Source: Clostridiales bacterium (GTDB lineage: Bacteria > Bacillota > Clostridia > Lachnospirales > Lachnospiraceae). Taken from it: DNA of 61,848 bases. A program made the position numbers and the translations under genes. Shown one piece after another: positions 9,891 through 19,680 of this stretch. The notes beneath the pieces were generated by a model, which was not told where the DNA came from, ran no database searches, and was given only the letters and a program-made list of their open reading frames with translations. Location of the stretch: positions 1 to 61,848 of the forward strand of contig JAJQDO010000010.1 in assembly GCA_021202175.1 (NCBI GenBank). The letters run 5' to 3'. Within the stretch, counting starts at the first letter, position 1. Each line of letters opens with the position of its first letter.

Positions 9891-11135
9891 ATGAAAGGAA
9901 ATGTTATCGTAGGTCAGTCCGGCGGTCCAACGGCTGTCATCAATTCCAGTCTGGCCGGAGTTATTAAAGCAGCACAGAATAATGGTATCGAAAAGATTTA
10001 TGGTATGCACCATGGCATCGAAGGTTTTTTGAAGGAAGATATTATCGATATCGCTGATTACATTCAGTCTCCTTCTGATCTTTCTCTGTTAAAGAGAACC
10101 CCTTCCGCTTTTTTGGGATCCTGCCGCTATAAACTCCCGAAGATTGAGGGAAATGAAGATGTTTACGATAAAATGTTCGAAATCATGGATAAATATAACA
10201 TCGAATATTTCCTCTACATCGGTGGAAATGATTCCATGGATACGATAAAGATGCTGTCGGATTATGCGGCGAAAAAAGGAAAATCACAGAAGTTCATGGG
10301 CGTCCCCAAAACCATTGACAATGATCTGCCGCTGACTGACCATACGCCAGGTTACGGCTCTGCCGCAAAATATATCGCTACTTCCATGAAAGAGATTATT
10401 CGTGACAATGAAAGCTTTGGCGCATCGAAACCGACGGTCTGCATCGTAGAGATCATGGGACGTCATGCCGGATGGCTGACCGCAGCGGCTGCTCTTTCCA
10501 AGAGCTCGGACTGCGAAGGCCCTGACCTGATCTATCTGCCAGAGGTTCCGTTTGATGTCAATGATTTCATGAAGCGTGTGAAGGAACTGGCCGCCACCAA
10601 GAGTTCTGTTGTTATTGCCGTATCAGAGGGCGTTAAACTGGCCGATGGCCGTTTCGTCTGCGAACTGAGCGCCAGCAGTTCCGATTATGTAGACGCTTTC
10701 GGCCACAAACAGCTTTCCGGAACAGCAGCTTACCTGACGAACCTGGTTACCCAGGAAACCGGCCTGAAATCCCGTGCTATAGAGTTTTCCACTCTGCAAA
10801 GATGCGCGACCCATCTGGCTTCCCGTGCCGACGTCGACGAAGCTTATGACGTGGGATACGTTGCCTGCCAGTCCGCCATCAACGGCGATACCGGCATGAT
10901 GGTCATCATTCAGGTAACCAGCCGCGAACCGTACCTTGTAAACTATAACAAATACGATATCCATGAGATTGCCAATGTAGAGTGGAAGATTCCTCATGAC
11001 TGGATCATCAACGACGGTACTTATGTCAGCAACAAATATCTGGAATACGCCCGTCCATTAATCATCGGAACCATTCTTCCATATTATGCAAGCGGACTGC
11101 CAAAACATCTGACACTCAAGAATAAGAAAAGATAA
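9891..11135 (+). CDS. pfp: 6-phosphofructokinase, probably pyrophosphate-dependent
   Basis: GQSGGPTAVIN, GGNDSMD (Asp) and PKTIDND (Lys), the residues associated with PPi-PFK; EIMGRHAGW. Confidence 0.85.
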   Translation: MKGNVIVGQSGGPTAVINSSLAGVIKAAQNNGIEKIYGMHHGIEGFLKEDIIDIADYIQSPSDLSLLKRTPSAFLGSCRYKLPKIEGNEDVYDKMFEIMDKYNIEYFLYIGGNDSMDTIKMLSDYAAKKGKSQKFMGVPKTIDNDLPLTDHTPGYGSAAKYIATSMKEIIRDNESFGASKPTVCIVEIMGRHAGWLTAAAALSKSSDCEGPDLIYLPEVPFDVNDFMKRVKELAATKSSVVIAVSEGVKLADGRFVCELSASSSDYVDAFGHKQLSGTAAYLTNLVTQETGLKSRAIEFSTLQRCATHLASRADVDEAYDVGYVACQSAINGDTGMMVIIQVTSREPYLVNYNKYDIHEIANVEWKIPHDWIINDGTYVSNKYLEYARPLIIGTILPYYASGLPKHLTLKNKKR

Positions 11136-11154
11136 AGGAAACATATTATCTCCT

Positions 11155-11184
11155 GATGGGATGGTTCTTAGGAAACGTCCCATC
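11155..11184 (+). terminator. Stem-loop after the PFK gene
   Basis: GATGGGATG...CGTCCCATC hairpin 20 nt after the stop; weak U-tract. Confidence 0.45.
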
Positions 11185-11249
11185 ACTTCTCCCTGCGATT
11201 TAACACATCTTTGATGATATCTGAAAACACAGATATACTTAATTGACGA

Positions 11250-11309
11250 TCATCGAATGGCACGTCTATTTAGGCCCACCAATTTTTCCACTTCATTTAA
11301 GCTTTTCAT
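11250..11309 (-). pseudogene. MerR-family regulator 5' remnant
   Basis: MKSLNEVEKLVGLNRRAIR* resembles the first helix-turn-helix of MerR proteins; RBS and promoter (11333-11362) are present. Confidence 0.45.
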
Positions 11310-11625
11310 TTTCACTCACCCCCTGTGCAATCATTCTATGGCTGCACAAGATCTGCAGTCAAGGGCTTTTTTAGATATTCAAGGTTTCCAATTGGTCGGT
11401 TTATCGGTATAATGGCAATATAATCAAAGAAACCATTGTGAATGGCGTAAAGTCGTTTGTTGTGAAAGCGACTTTAAGAGATGTATGTCTGATAACGAAT
11501 ACCGAGAAAGCCTTTTGAAAGAATAAAACGGCTGGTCAGACATTCAATTTGAAAAGAATAGGAAGAAAAGAGCGTAAACTGCATCACGCTCTCATGGTGC
11601 CGTCTACGCTGCTTTATATTTTTGT

Positions 11626-12470
11626 CTATATAATCTGTTGAACAATCTCACGCAGAGTTCGCGTTTCAAAATCAACGTCGATACAGCGGGTGGAAAAGCC
11701 ATACCGAAGCGTTTCAAAATGCACCTGGGGCAGACCACAGGCTGCCATGTACTTCTTAAAGTGGTACTGCAATGTTCGTGGCTCCATGTAGGCTCTTGTC
11801 CCTGTCAGGATAAAAGCATTCTCGTCCTCACGTCGGAATTTCTCGCAGTATGCTTCCGTCAGGTTTGTCAGGCGAATCCTCTGCTCATCCGGTCGGCGCG
11901 TAGATGGACCAATCAGGACAATGGTCTTTGTCTCTGCGTCTGGGGCTAAATTTTGTACACGCTGCATTGTATGGGTAACGGAGATGGTGCGCTCCGGGAT
12001 GGAAATGTCGCTCCATCGCAGAGCGCAGACCTCCCCAATTTGCAAGCCGGCCATTAAAGACAGGAATATGCCAAATTTGCAGTCATCCATATCAATGACC
12101 AGAAATTGAAGAAGACGCTCCTGCTCATCAACAGGCAGGGCCTGTTTTTTTCACGACGAAGTGGGGGATAGGGCATCTGGATACTGGAAAAATCATACCC
12201 AGTTTCCTTCTGAATATAATCCAAAATGGAACGCAAAACAATCAGGATGCTCCGAACGGTTCTGGCAGACAGTTTTTCCTGCAACGTTTTTTTCTTTTCC
12301 AAATGTTCCACCAAATCGATGGAGAGTTCCGATAATTGACAATTCCCCAATTCTGGTCTGATATGCTTCTCCACAATAACATTATATTTTGCGTAGGAAG
12401 CTGGTCTGATCTTTCCTTTTTGCTGTTCCAGCCAACTGGTACAATAGTCGGAAAACAATACTTCTGGCAT
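11626..12470 (-). pseudogene. Catalytically degenerate tyrosine recombinase paralog, split by a frameshift at an A7 run (ORFs 12054-12584 and 11626-12090)
   Basis: Core-binding domain (SWLEQQKGKIRPASYAKY..EKHIRPELG) plus a catalytic domain reading GLQIGE and ETLRY, lacking the second His and the Tyr. One extra A at 12145-12151 joins the two frames. Confidence 0.8.
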
Positions 12471-12597
12471 AGACATCCTCCTTCCGCATTTTTTTATCAA
12501 AGCTGGTTTCATTTCATGAACATAAGCTAAGGCAGGGCTACGAGAAGCAGCGCTGCCCTGGCTTTTAGGATTCAGGGCAAACACTGTCCTGGTTATG

Positions 12598-13545
12598 TTA
12601 ATATGTGACCTTTATTCTTCTGTATAGAACCAACGCTGTGCCGCCGCAGATAAGCAGCCCCATCATGGTGTACAGCCAGGTTCCTTTTCCACCTGCAGCG
12701 GGAAGTTCATAGCCAGGAATATTTTCCACCTCAACGACATTAGAAATCGTGTTTCCTTCAACTTCTTTTGTAGAGCCTTCTGTTGCTTCTGCTGCGCCTT
12801 CCGCCTGGTAGGTGACAGTTCCTTCTTCTGTCAACGTGATTACAATGGCTTTATCCAATAAAGCATATCCATTAGGTGCTTCTGTTTCCTCCAGATAATA
12901 GGTTCCCGGGCCAAGGCCTTCAATATAAATCATGCCATTTTTATCCGTGGTCAGCGTAGTTGCCTCCTCGCGTTCACTCGTCCAACCAGTTAGGGTGTTG
13001 TCTACTACAACAGCATAGTAAATAAGATTTTCTGTCCCATCTGCTTCTCCCAAGTCAACAGTAGTGGTATAGTAGAGGATAAACTTCGCTCCGATCAGCG
13101 ATTCATCGCTGTAATATTTATATACATTTACCTCGTAGACATAGGTCACTGTTGTATCGTGCTCAGAATAAGAATCTGTGCCATAGGAAACATAAGTTTC
13201 ATTCGGGTTGCCCTCCCCGCCAATGACCGCATCAGCTGTGACTGTCGCTCTATAATACACCACAATAACATCAGCGGCGGTCAGGTCTTCTATAACACTG
13301 TTGTCAAATCTGACCTCAAAACTGCACCTATCCTCTGTAGTTGCATCGCTTGTTTTGTAATTGCCTGTATAGTAGATGACTGTATAGCCTGAAGTTAACC
13401 AGGTCTCTGTTTCGTTCCCCTCCGCATCGGTTGTGACAACTGATACACCAGATACATAGGGATCATCCAAACCCTCACTCAATACATCATGCAGCACCAG
13501 ATTGGTTGCTCCAGTCAAATTGCTGATGGTGGATTTGTATTGCAC
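12598..13545 (-). CDS. C-terminal part of the pilus tip adhesin (pilin D2 and SpaA/Cna-B domains, LPAAG sorting signal)
   Basis: GNPNETYVSY, E-box YYLEETEAPNGY, LPAAG plus TM plus basic tail. Joined to the upstream ORF by one extra A at 13604-13609. Confidence 0.8.
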   Translation of the reverse strand: MQYKSTISNLTGATNLVLHDVLSEGLDDPYVSGVSVVTTDAEGNETETWLTSGYTVIYYTGNYKTSDATTEDRCSFEVRFDNSVIEDLTAADVIVVYYRATVTADAVIGGEGNPNETYVSYGTDSYSEHDTTVTYVYEVNVYKYYSDESLIGAKFILYYTTTVDLGEADGTENLIYYAVVVDNTLTGWTSEREEATTLTTDKNGMIYIEGLGPGTYYLEETEAPNGYALLDKAIVITLTEEGTVTYQAEGAAEATEGSTKEVEGNTISNVVEVENIPGYELPAAGGKGTWLYTMMGLLICGGTALVLYRRIKVTY

Positions 13546-16500
13546 GGTATCGCTAATTCCGGCTGTGTTTTCATCCTCCCAGTTGCCATCACTGTCTTTA
13601 ACCTTTTTTCTACCTCAGGGTCTCCGTTGTTGACAATGGTATAATCTTCAGAGCTAGTCCAGTCTGTCTCGTTGCCTTCCGCATCAATCACGATGACAAT
13701 CACTTCATCGTAGGACACCGTCACGGTGTAGGTGTTTGTGCTGGCAGAATATCCCTCTGGAACCGTTGTTTCCGTCAGAATGTAGGTGTGACCGGATGGG
13801 ATATTTGTAAAGGTAACGGTCCCGTTCTCGTCCGAGGTTGCGGTCATATCCTCCAAATCAACAGAGGATGAGCCATCGCCCCGGCAGGCGTTACAGGTAT
13901 CCGTGTTGTGGGATAAAGTAAAGGTTGCTCCCTCCAAGACATCACCGTTCTGATCGACCTTGGTAAAGGTTAGCTCTCCAAGATAACCTTCTACCTTCGG
14001 CACCGGAAACGTAAGGGTTTTTTCCTCCGAAACAGTGGTCACGCCGTCTACCGTTGTTACCGTCTGATATATCAGCGACGCATTTCCGTTTGTAGCGTAG
14101 CTTGTGTCTTCTTCAAACGCATCGGACTCATTTTGTAGCCGCACCCGATAGGTGAGGGTATAGGTATAGGTAGTGGTACCGCTGCTTGTTTTTGCGGTAT
14201 ACCCTGAGTTTTTCAAATCCCAACTGATAGAACTGCTGTCTGCAATATAGGTCGCGGAATTTTCTCCTCCTTCTTCTACCTCTCCAATTAATGTAGATGT
14301 TGGCGGATAAACTTCTAAATCTCCATCGTTTTTATAGAAGCCAAGAAACTCCACGGTCGTGTCTGTGCTGTCAGTAAAGGTTGGGAGCGGGTCGGTCGCT
14401 ACCCACTTGGCCTGAGCACTCTCCTCATTCATGCTCTGAATCTCTTCGAAAATGGATTCATATGCTTCCAACAAGGAAGCCTCATCTGTGCTGTCATAGT
14501 AGTAGCCAGAACCGATCCCTGTTGTATCTGTGCCTTTCAGCCAGCTTTTAAATGCATCAGCAGAACTGGAGCTGCCAATCTCATAGGAGTCGGTTGTACG
14601 ATCGATTACTGAGTACGGCACACCATATCTTTCATAGCCATCTATGGTCTGTCCACCCACGTCGATACCAATGGAGAAAATATTGACGCCGCTCTCTTTA
14701 ATACTAGTCGCCATTTCTCTGGCACGGATTGCCGCCTTATCACTGTAGCTGGTTCCATAACTGCAATAATATCCCCTCACATAGCCATAAAAGACTCCAT
14801 CCGCTCCCTTTGTTCCACTGGATGTATAGGTATCATAACCATCGTACCCACTTTCAATATATGTTGTAGGGAATCCGTCACTCAAAAAGATGATATACTT
14901 ATTTTCGTTGGATGCCTCATCCAGCATGTCTGCTGCTCTTTTCAGGCCAGCCTCAATATTGGTAAATCTATTTGATTTATAATAATCGCTATCCTCTGAA
15001 TACTTTGTTATTATGCTGCCTGTCTCGGTTCGAATTTCATTTTTCAATTCTTCAGCTTCTGTTTCACTTGAGCAACTTGACAAATCAAAAACTTCCATTG
15101 CATCAGAGTTGAATGCGGCAAACCCTACCTGGCTGACACTATTTGTCGCATCGGCAAATTCATCCAGGAAACTTTCCGCAGCTGCTATTGCAGCTTCGTA
15201 TCGCGTGGTATCGCCATATTCACTCGTCATAGAATTGGAAATGTCCATTACAATGACAACTGCCATATCGGGCTCTGTATAAAGTTCAGAAATGTTTGTT
15301 GTCGTTTCAACAGTAAGCGTAATATCAAAGACGTTCTCGGTATCAGATCCGGCAATGCTATTGCTGATTGTCACCCCATCATCGCAGCATTCACTTCCGC
15401 CAGCCTTTGTAATCTGGACAGAAGAGGCTGCATACTCATCTTCCGTTTCTTCATCAACGGATAAAGATGAAACTATGATTTGATCCTCCTCATCAGATGA
15501 CTGGTCGCTCCAATATTCAAAATAACCGCTGTCTGCGAGTGCCTGGATTGCTTCCGGATTACCAGATTCCGCAAGACTGTCGTAATCAATTGTTTCCTGT
15601 CCGACTACCATAACATCTGAAAAAGTACTCAAGTTAAAGGAGATGCTCTGTGTTCCGTCTTCATACCCAGTTTCCGTTTCAATGGTCTCCGTCTCAGTTT
15701 CGCCAAAATGGGTGATGGTAAAACTCTCGCTTTCCATTTCCTGACTCAGATAAGTAATGGTGATCTGTACCTCGGCGGCTGGCTCAATCTCCTCACCGTC
15801 CTCGTTATAGAAGCCAATATTGAACAGGCGGATGTAGCCGGTATAATCCGATTCTTCATTCCAGCCATACAGCTTGGCAGCCTCGGCATAGCGGGAGAGG
15901 TAGACGTCCGAATCCTTTTCATACTCGGTGACGATCAGCTCCACATTTTCAGGCAGTTCCGCATCTTCGTCGCAGGTGGCAGTAACGGTGTAGTCCTCGC
16001 CTTCATATGTCAGAGTTATAACATCGGTTTCAGCCTCATCTTCAACTTCCTGCTCCGGCAGCAGGCCATAGCCGATGATATCGCTGTCGGAAAGACTGTA
16101 TGTATTTTGCTTTACCGCATCGTCGTAATCTCCTTCGATGATGGTAATCTTTCCAGTGTCCTCATCGACCTTCGTCACGATGCCCACATGGTCGGCAGTA
16201 CCGTCGCCGTCGTTGTCAAAAAATACCAGGTCTCCAGCGGAAGGGGTGCAGTCCGTCGCATACAGACCCATGTCATCCAGAGACACCGTCCAGGCATTGA
16301 CACCGGAAGTCTCCGGAAAATCGCTCTCCGGCACACCGGCATAATGCAGGCAGAAGGACACGAACATCGCGCACCAGTCGCCGTATTTATTGCCATACCA
16401 GGCTCCGTAGCGGGTATAGCCTTTATGGGTCTCCCCGTCGTCATCCAGAGTATAGTTGACGATGCTTTCCGTATAACCGATCTGGCTCTCGGCGATGGCA

Positions 16501-17108
16501 ACCACGTCCTCCGCCCATACGCCGGACAGAGCGGGCAGAGTGGCTTCCCAGTCAGAAGCAGTCTCCACGTCGGCAGTCTCATCCACCATGCACTCTATCG
16601 TATGAGTGTGTTCCTCCAGTCCGCAGCTGAGTTGCTCCTCATAACACTCCTCCGTGTGGGTATGCCCTTCAGATTCTTCCAGACCACAGGTCAGCACCTG
16701 CTCCGTCTGATAGCAAGTGTCGCTGTGAGTGTGTCCCTCAGACTCCTCCAGACCGCAGATCAGGTTCCCGTCCTCATCATAACAATCGTCTGTGTGGGTA
16801 TGCCCTTCGGATTCTTCCAGACCACAGACCAAGGTGGTCACAGTCTCATAGCAGGCATCTGTGTGGGTATGCCCCTCACACTCCTCCATTCCGCAGACCA
16901 GCACAGAGGAATAGCACTCCTCCGTATGAGTATGCTCCTCCAGACCGCAGTAGGTCTCGTTGGTCAGGGCAATGCCGGTGGAGTGAAGCTGCCAGGTGAC
17001 ACCTGTAGCCACCAGCAGCGCCAAGGCCAGTAGCAGGGCTACAGCCCGTCGGCTTTTACGCTTTTCCTCCTTGAATTTCCGTACATAGGAATTTACTATG
17101 TTTTTCAT
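13515..17108 (-). CDS. Pilus tip adhesin N-terminal part: His/Cys repeats, CHAP domain, vWA domain, Cna-B domain
   Basis: Signal/TM segment; CGLEE(SEG)HTHT..CY repeats; WCAMFV / DHVGIV / IEG CHAP residues; MIDAS DISNS..T..FLSDG; YILTETTVPEGY. Confidence 0.85.
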   Translation of the reverse strand: MKNIVNSYVRKFKEEKRKSRRAVALLLALALLVATGVTWQLHSTGIALTNETYCGLEEHTHTEECYSSVLVCGMEECEGHTHTDACYETVTTLVCGLEESEGHTHTDDCYDEDGNLICGLEESEGHTHSDTCYQTEQVLTCGLEESEGHTHTEECYEEQLSCGLEEHTHTIECMVDETADVETASDWEATLPALSGVWAEDVVAIAESQIGYTESIVNYTLDDDGETHKGYTRYGAWYGNKYGDWCAMFVSFCLHYAGVPESDFPETSGVNAWTVSLDDMGLYATDCTPSAGDLVFFDNDGDGTADHVGIVTKVDEDTGKITIIEGDYDDAVKQNTYSLSDSDIIGYGLLPEQEVEDEAETDVITLTYEGEDYTVTATCDEDAELPENVELIVTEYEKDSDVYLSRYAEAAKLYGWNEESDYTGYIRLFNIGFYNEDGEEIEPAAEVQITITYLSQEMESESFTITHFGETETETIETETGYEDGTQSISFNLSTFSDVMVVGQETIDYDSLAESGNPEAIQALADSGYFEYWSDQSSDEEDQIIVSSLSVDEETEDEYAASSVQITKAGGSECCDDGVTISNSIAGSDTENVFDITLTVETTTNISELYTEPDMAVVIVMDISNSMTSEYGDTTRYEAAIAAAESFLDEFADATNSVSQVGFAAFNSDAMEVFDLSSCSSETEAEELKNEIRTETGSIITKYSEDSDYYKSNRFTNIEAGLKRAADMLDEASNENKYIIFLSDGFPTTYIESGYDGYDTYTSSGTKGADGVFYGYVRGYYCSYGTSYSDKAAIRAREMATSIKESGVNIFSIGIDVGGQTIDGYERYGVPYSVIDRTTDSYEIGSSSSADAFKSWLKGTDTTGIGSGYYYDSTDEASLLEAYESIFEEIQSMNEESAQAKWVATDPLPTFTDSTDTTVEFLGFYKNDGDLEVYPPTSTLIGEVEEGGENSATYIADSSSISWDLKNSGYTAKTSSGTTTYTYTLTYRVRLQNESDAFEEDTSYATNGNASLIYQTVTTVDGVTTVSEEKTLTFPVPKVEGYLGELTFTKVDQNGDVLEGATFTLSHNTDTCNACRGDGSSSVDLEDMTATSDENGTVTFTNIPSGHTYILTETTVPEGYSASTNTYTVTVSYDEVIVIVIDAEGNETDWTSSEDYTIVNNGDPEVEKRLKTVMATGRMKTQPELAIPCNTNPPSAI
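16589..16953 (-). repeat. Coding tandem repeats (C-G-L-E-E-x0-3-H-T-H-x3-C), six copies
   Basis: Visible in the translation and as recurring GTGTGGGTATGCCC on the + strand. Boundaries are approximate. Confidence 0.75.
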
Positions 17109-17194
17109 AACTGCACCTCTACTTTCATCACGAGGGAGAACCGTTTCAGGGTCCGACCCTTAAAGATTTACTTAACAATTCATTTTGCCCGATG

Positions 17195-17791
17195 TCATTC
17201 TGTCCGGCTGCATCGTACGGTCACTCTTGTCTGACCGCCTATGGTACAGGTGAACAGGGTCAGATTCCACTGTTCGGATTCCTGGCTCACCATTTCCTCC
17301 ACGTCTGTAGGCTGGAGGATGATAATCTCCTCCACCTGATAGTTAAATACGTTGCCACTCACGTCAGTAAATGTAATCTCGTCGCTCGCCTCCAGGTATT
17401 TCAGATTCCCGAAGTGACGCTCATAATTGTGTCCGCATATGATAAGGTCGTCCGTCCATACACTGCCGCTGTAGCGGCCGGGGGCTATCTTCAACCCGGG
17501 ATAGCTCCACTCCGCCATGACGGGCAGCTCCAGTCCGTAGCTGGGGATGGACAAGGTGCCGATGTATTCATATCCGTCAATCTCTATAGTTCCCATTTCA
17601 TCGCTGCTGTTCGCCGTAGGGAAATTGTCCCCTACGGTCTCCTCCTCTTCTTCCTCCAACGCGTCCTGGATGTCGGCCACAGACTGTCCGGCCCGCCAGT
17701 TGTCCCAGCGGTTATAGGCCAGAAGCCCGACAGCGCCAATCAACAGCAGCGCACCCAACGCCATGAGAAACAAACCCAGTTTATTTCTCAT
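17195..17791 (-). CDS. Sortase (short, lid-less, class D-like)
   Basis: N-terminal TM; ICGHN, LTLFTCT and downstream Arg catalytic triad. Confidence 0.85.
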   Translation of the reverse strand: MRNKLGLFLMALGALLLIGAVGLLAYNRWDNWRAGQSVADIQDALEEEEEETVGDNFPTANSSDEMGTIEIDGYEYIGTLSIPSYGLELPVMAEWSYPGLKIAPGRYSGSVWTDDLIICGHNYERHFGNLKYLEASDEITFTDVSGNVFNYQVEEIIILQPTDVEEMVSQESEQWNLTLFTCTIGGQTRVTVRCSRTE

Positions 17792-18506
17792 ATTCCTCCT
17801 GCTTATTGCCGGAGCGTCTCAACGCCCAGCCAAAGAGAAGCAGCACCGAGCTACCACCTGCCATCAACCATACAGGCCAGTTAAGCTGTCCGGTTTTGGG
17901 CAGAGTAGACACAGTCGACGTGGAGTTCTTGGAGGTCTTAGAGGTTGACGTCGACTCTGATTCAGACTCAATGGTTGTGACCTCCCCCACCTTAGGACTA
18001 GCATCCACGGTGTAGACCCACTCGCCGTCGTTGTCGATGGGTACCGTCACCACGAAGGGGTTGATGGTTTCATAATTGTCGGAATCTGTGGTCTGGATAA
18101 TCAGGTACAGCCCCAGCTCCAGGTCGGTGAAGCTCACGGTGCCACCAGAGCCGATACTGGCTGTGGTACCGGAAATGTCCGAATCTTCCACATAGGCCGC
18201 TAGCGTGGCCGCCAGGGACGTGTCCTCCACATCCAGCGTAATTTCGCAGCCGTTGAATGCGTCCGCATACTCATAGACCATGTTGCCGTCGTCCAGATAG
18301 AGGATCGCTACCTGATAGAGCGTCACGGCTCCGCCAGAGACAGCGTTCCCGTCGCTGTCCGCCAGGGTCAGCTCGATGGAGCCGGTCTGGTCAAAGTCCA
18401 GGGATGCGGTATCTGCTGCATAGGCGGTCACGGTCATGGCAAAGATCATAATCAGCGCTAACAGGTACGGTAATATACGGTAGACTGTTTTTAGTGTGGT
18501 TTTCAT
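17781..18506 (-). CDS. Minor/basal pilin
   Basis: Signal peptide, single Ig-like domain with GLYLIIQ and VDASPK pilin Lys, LPKTG plus TM plus basic tail. Start moved to 18506 (GGAGG RBS). Confidence 0.8.
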   Translation of the reverse strand: MKTTLKTVYRILPYLLALIMIFAMTVTAYAADTASLDFDQTGSIELTLADSDGNAVSGGAVTLYQVAILYLDDGNMVYEYADAFNGCEITLDVEDTSLAATLAAYVEDSDISGTTASIGSGGTVSFTDLELGLYLIIQTTDSDNYETINPFVVTVPIDNDGEWVYTVDASPKVGEVTTIESESESTSTSKTSKNSTSTVSTLPKTGQLNWPVWLMAGGSSVLLLFGWALRRSGNKQEEYEK

Positions 18507-18561
18507 AGAGATTCCTCCATTCTTATGATGCATCTGTCGCAATCAATAGTTTTCTTAATAT

Positions 18562-19434
18562 TTACTTCTTCTTTTTTCTGATGCTGACCATCATCCAGAT
18601 GAGCAGGAGCACCAGCATAGGTACTGCTGCAATAGTTGCAACCAGAATGGTGTCGATCTGGTATGCCTCCGCCGTCACGCGGATATGCATGTCATCGGCG
18701 TTGGCTGTCCGCACGCCCCGCACCAGCAGCCGATGACTGTTGACGCCGTAGGGGGTGCAGGTCATCAGTGTGCAATAGTCTTTGCCTTCCTCTATATAAA
18801 GGTTCTCAATCTCATCCGGAAGGACGATGGAAATCTGGTCTACCTCATAGGTCAAAACCTGATTCAACACGGTGATGGTGAAGGCATCGCCTACCTCCAG
18901 CTGGTCAAGATTCGTGAACAGCAGGCTGCTGGGCAGCCCCCGGTGAGCGGAAATCACGCAATGGGTGCTTTCGCCGCCTATCGGAAGACTGCTACCCTCC
19001 AGGTGTCCGGCAGCGATCTGCAAAACGCCTGCGTCCGTACCGTGGTAGACGGGGAGCTGGACGTTGATCTTATCAATGGTGATATAGCCCATGATGCCGG
19101 TGCCGGTGATGTCCAATGTGTCCCAATAGTCTTCGTTCACCAGGTCAGTGTTGACGATGGCAGATGCAGAGCCAATCTCGGCTAACTGCTTGTTATACGC
19201 CTCTGCGGCCTCAAACAGAGCGGTATAATCCGCTTCGTCCATTGCAGATACGGCGGCTTCATAGTTCGCCACCGCTCTGGTCTGCACTCGGGAGTTCCAC
19301 CAATTGCTGACAGAAGGATAGAGCAGGATAATAAGTCCCACCACGAATATGATTACCAGAATGACCGTTCCAATTCGTCCTCGCTTTTTTTGCTTTTTCA
19401 CGACTGTGGCGTTTATTGCCTTTTTTCGCTTCAT
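18562..19434 (-). CDS. srtC: Class C (pilin-polymerising) sortase
   Basis: GHLEGSSLPIGGESTHCVISAHRG, TLMTCTPYGVNSHRLLVRG; N- and C-terminal TMs. Confidence 0.92.
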   Translation of the reverse strand: MKRKKAINATVVKKQKKRGRIGTVILVIIFVVGLIILLYPSVSNWWNSRVQTRAVANYEAAVSAMDEADYTALFEAAEAYNKQLAEIGSASAIVNTDLVNEDYWDTLDITGTGIMGYITIDKINVQLPVYHGTDAGVLQIAAGHLEGSSLPIGGESTHCVISAHRGLPSSLLFTNLDQLEVGDAFTITVLNQVLTYEVDQISIVLPDEIENLYIEEGKDYCTLMTCTPYGVNSHRLLVRGVRTANADDMHIRVTAEAYQIDTILVATIAAVPMLVLLLIWMMVSIRKKKK

Positions 19435-19562
19435 ACGACCATAAGCTCCTCCGGCTTTCCTTTGTCCCGCTCATTCTGTTTGCTCTTAGCTGTCCTCTGC
19501 CGTTTTTTGTGGCAGTGAACACCGAACAGCGAACAGTATTGTTGCTCCTTCATAACCGGTTC

Positions 19563-19593
19563 TCCTGTCCTCGGCCGCAGGGCCGAGGCAGGA
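19563..19593 (-). other. GC-rich stem-loop between the major pilin and srtC
   Basis: TCCTG(T)CCTCGGCC-GCAG-GGCCGAGGCAGGA hairpin. Confidence 0.45.
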
Positions 19594-19680
19594 TTGCCGT
19601 CCGTATTTTTATTTTGCTCATTTGCCTCTTATTTTCCCAGGCACTGCCATTCTCCATTCTGAATCTGCCGAAGGAGAGAA

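Noticed and set aside
11385-11620. Possible sRNA (TTTCCA-17-TATAAT followed by hairpins at 11448-11476 and 11570-11593)
   Set aside because: No family resemblance or clear terminator; too little evidence without RNA data.
15708-17033. Long antisense ORFs (also 58416-59645, 35195-36142, 7633-8472)
   Set aside because: Shadow frames of well-supported opposite-strand genes, with no recognisable motifs.
19515-19550. Third copy of the switch IR (GTGAACAC and TTGCTCCTT)
   Set aside because: The two sub-motifs are in the wrong order and orientation relative to the IR; probably chance.
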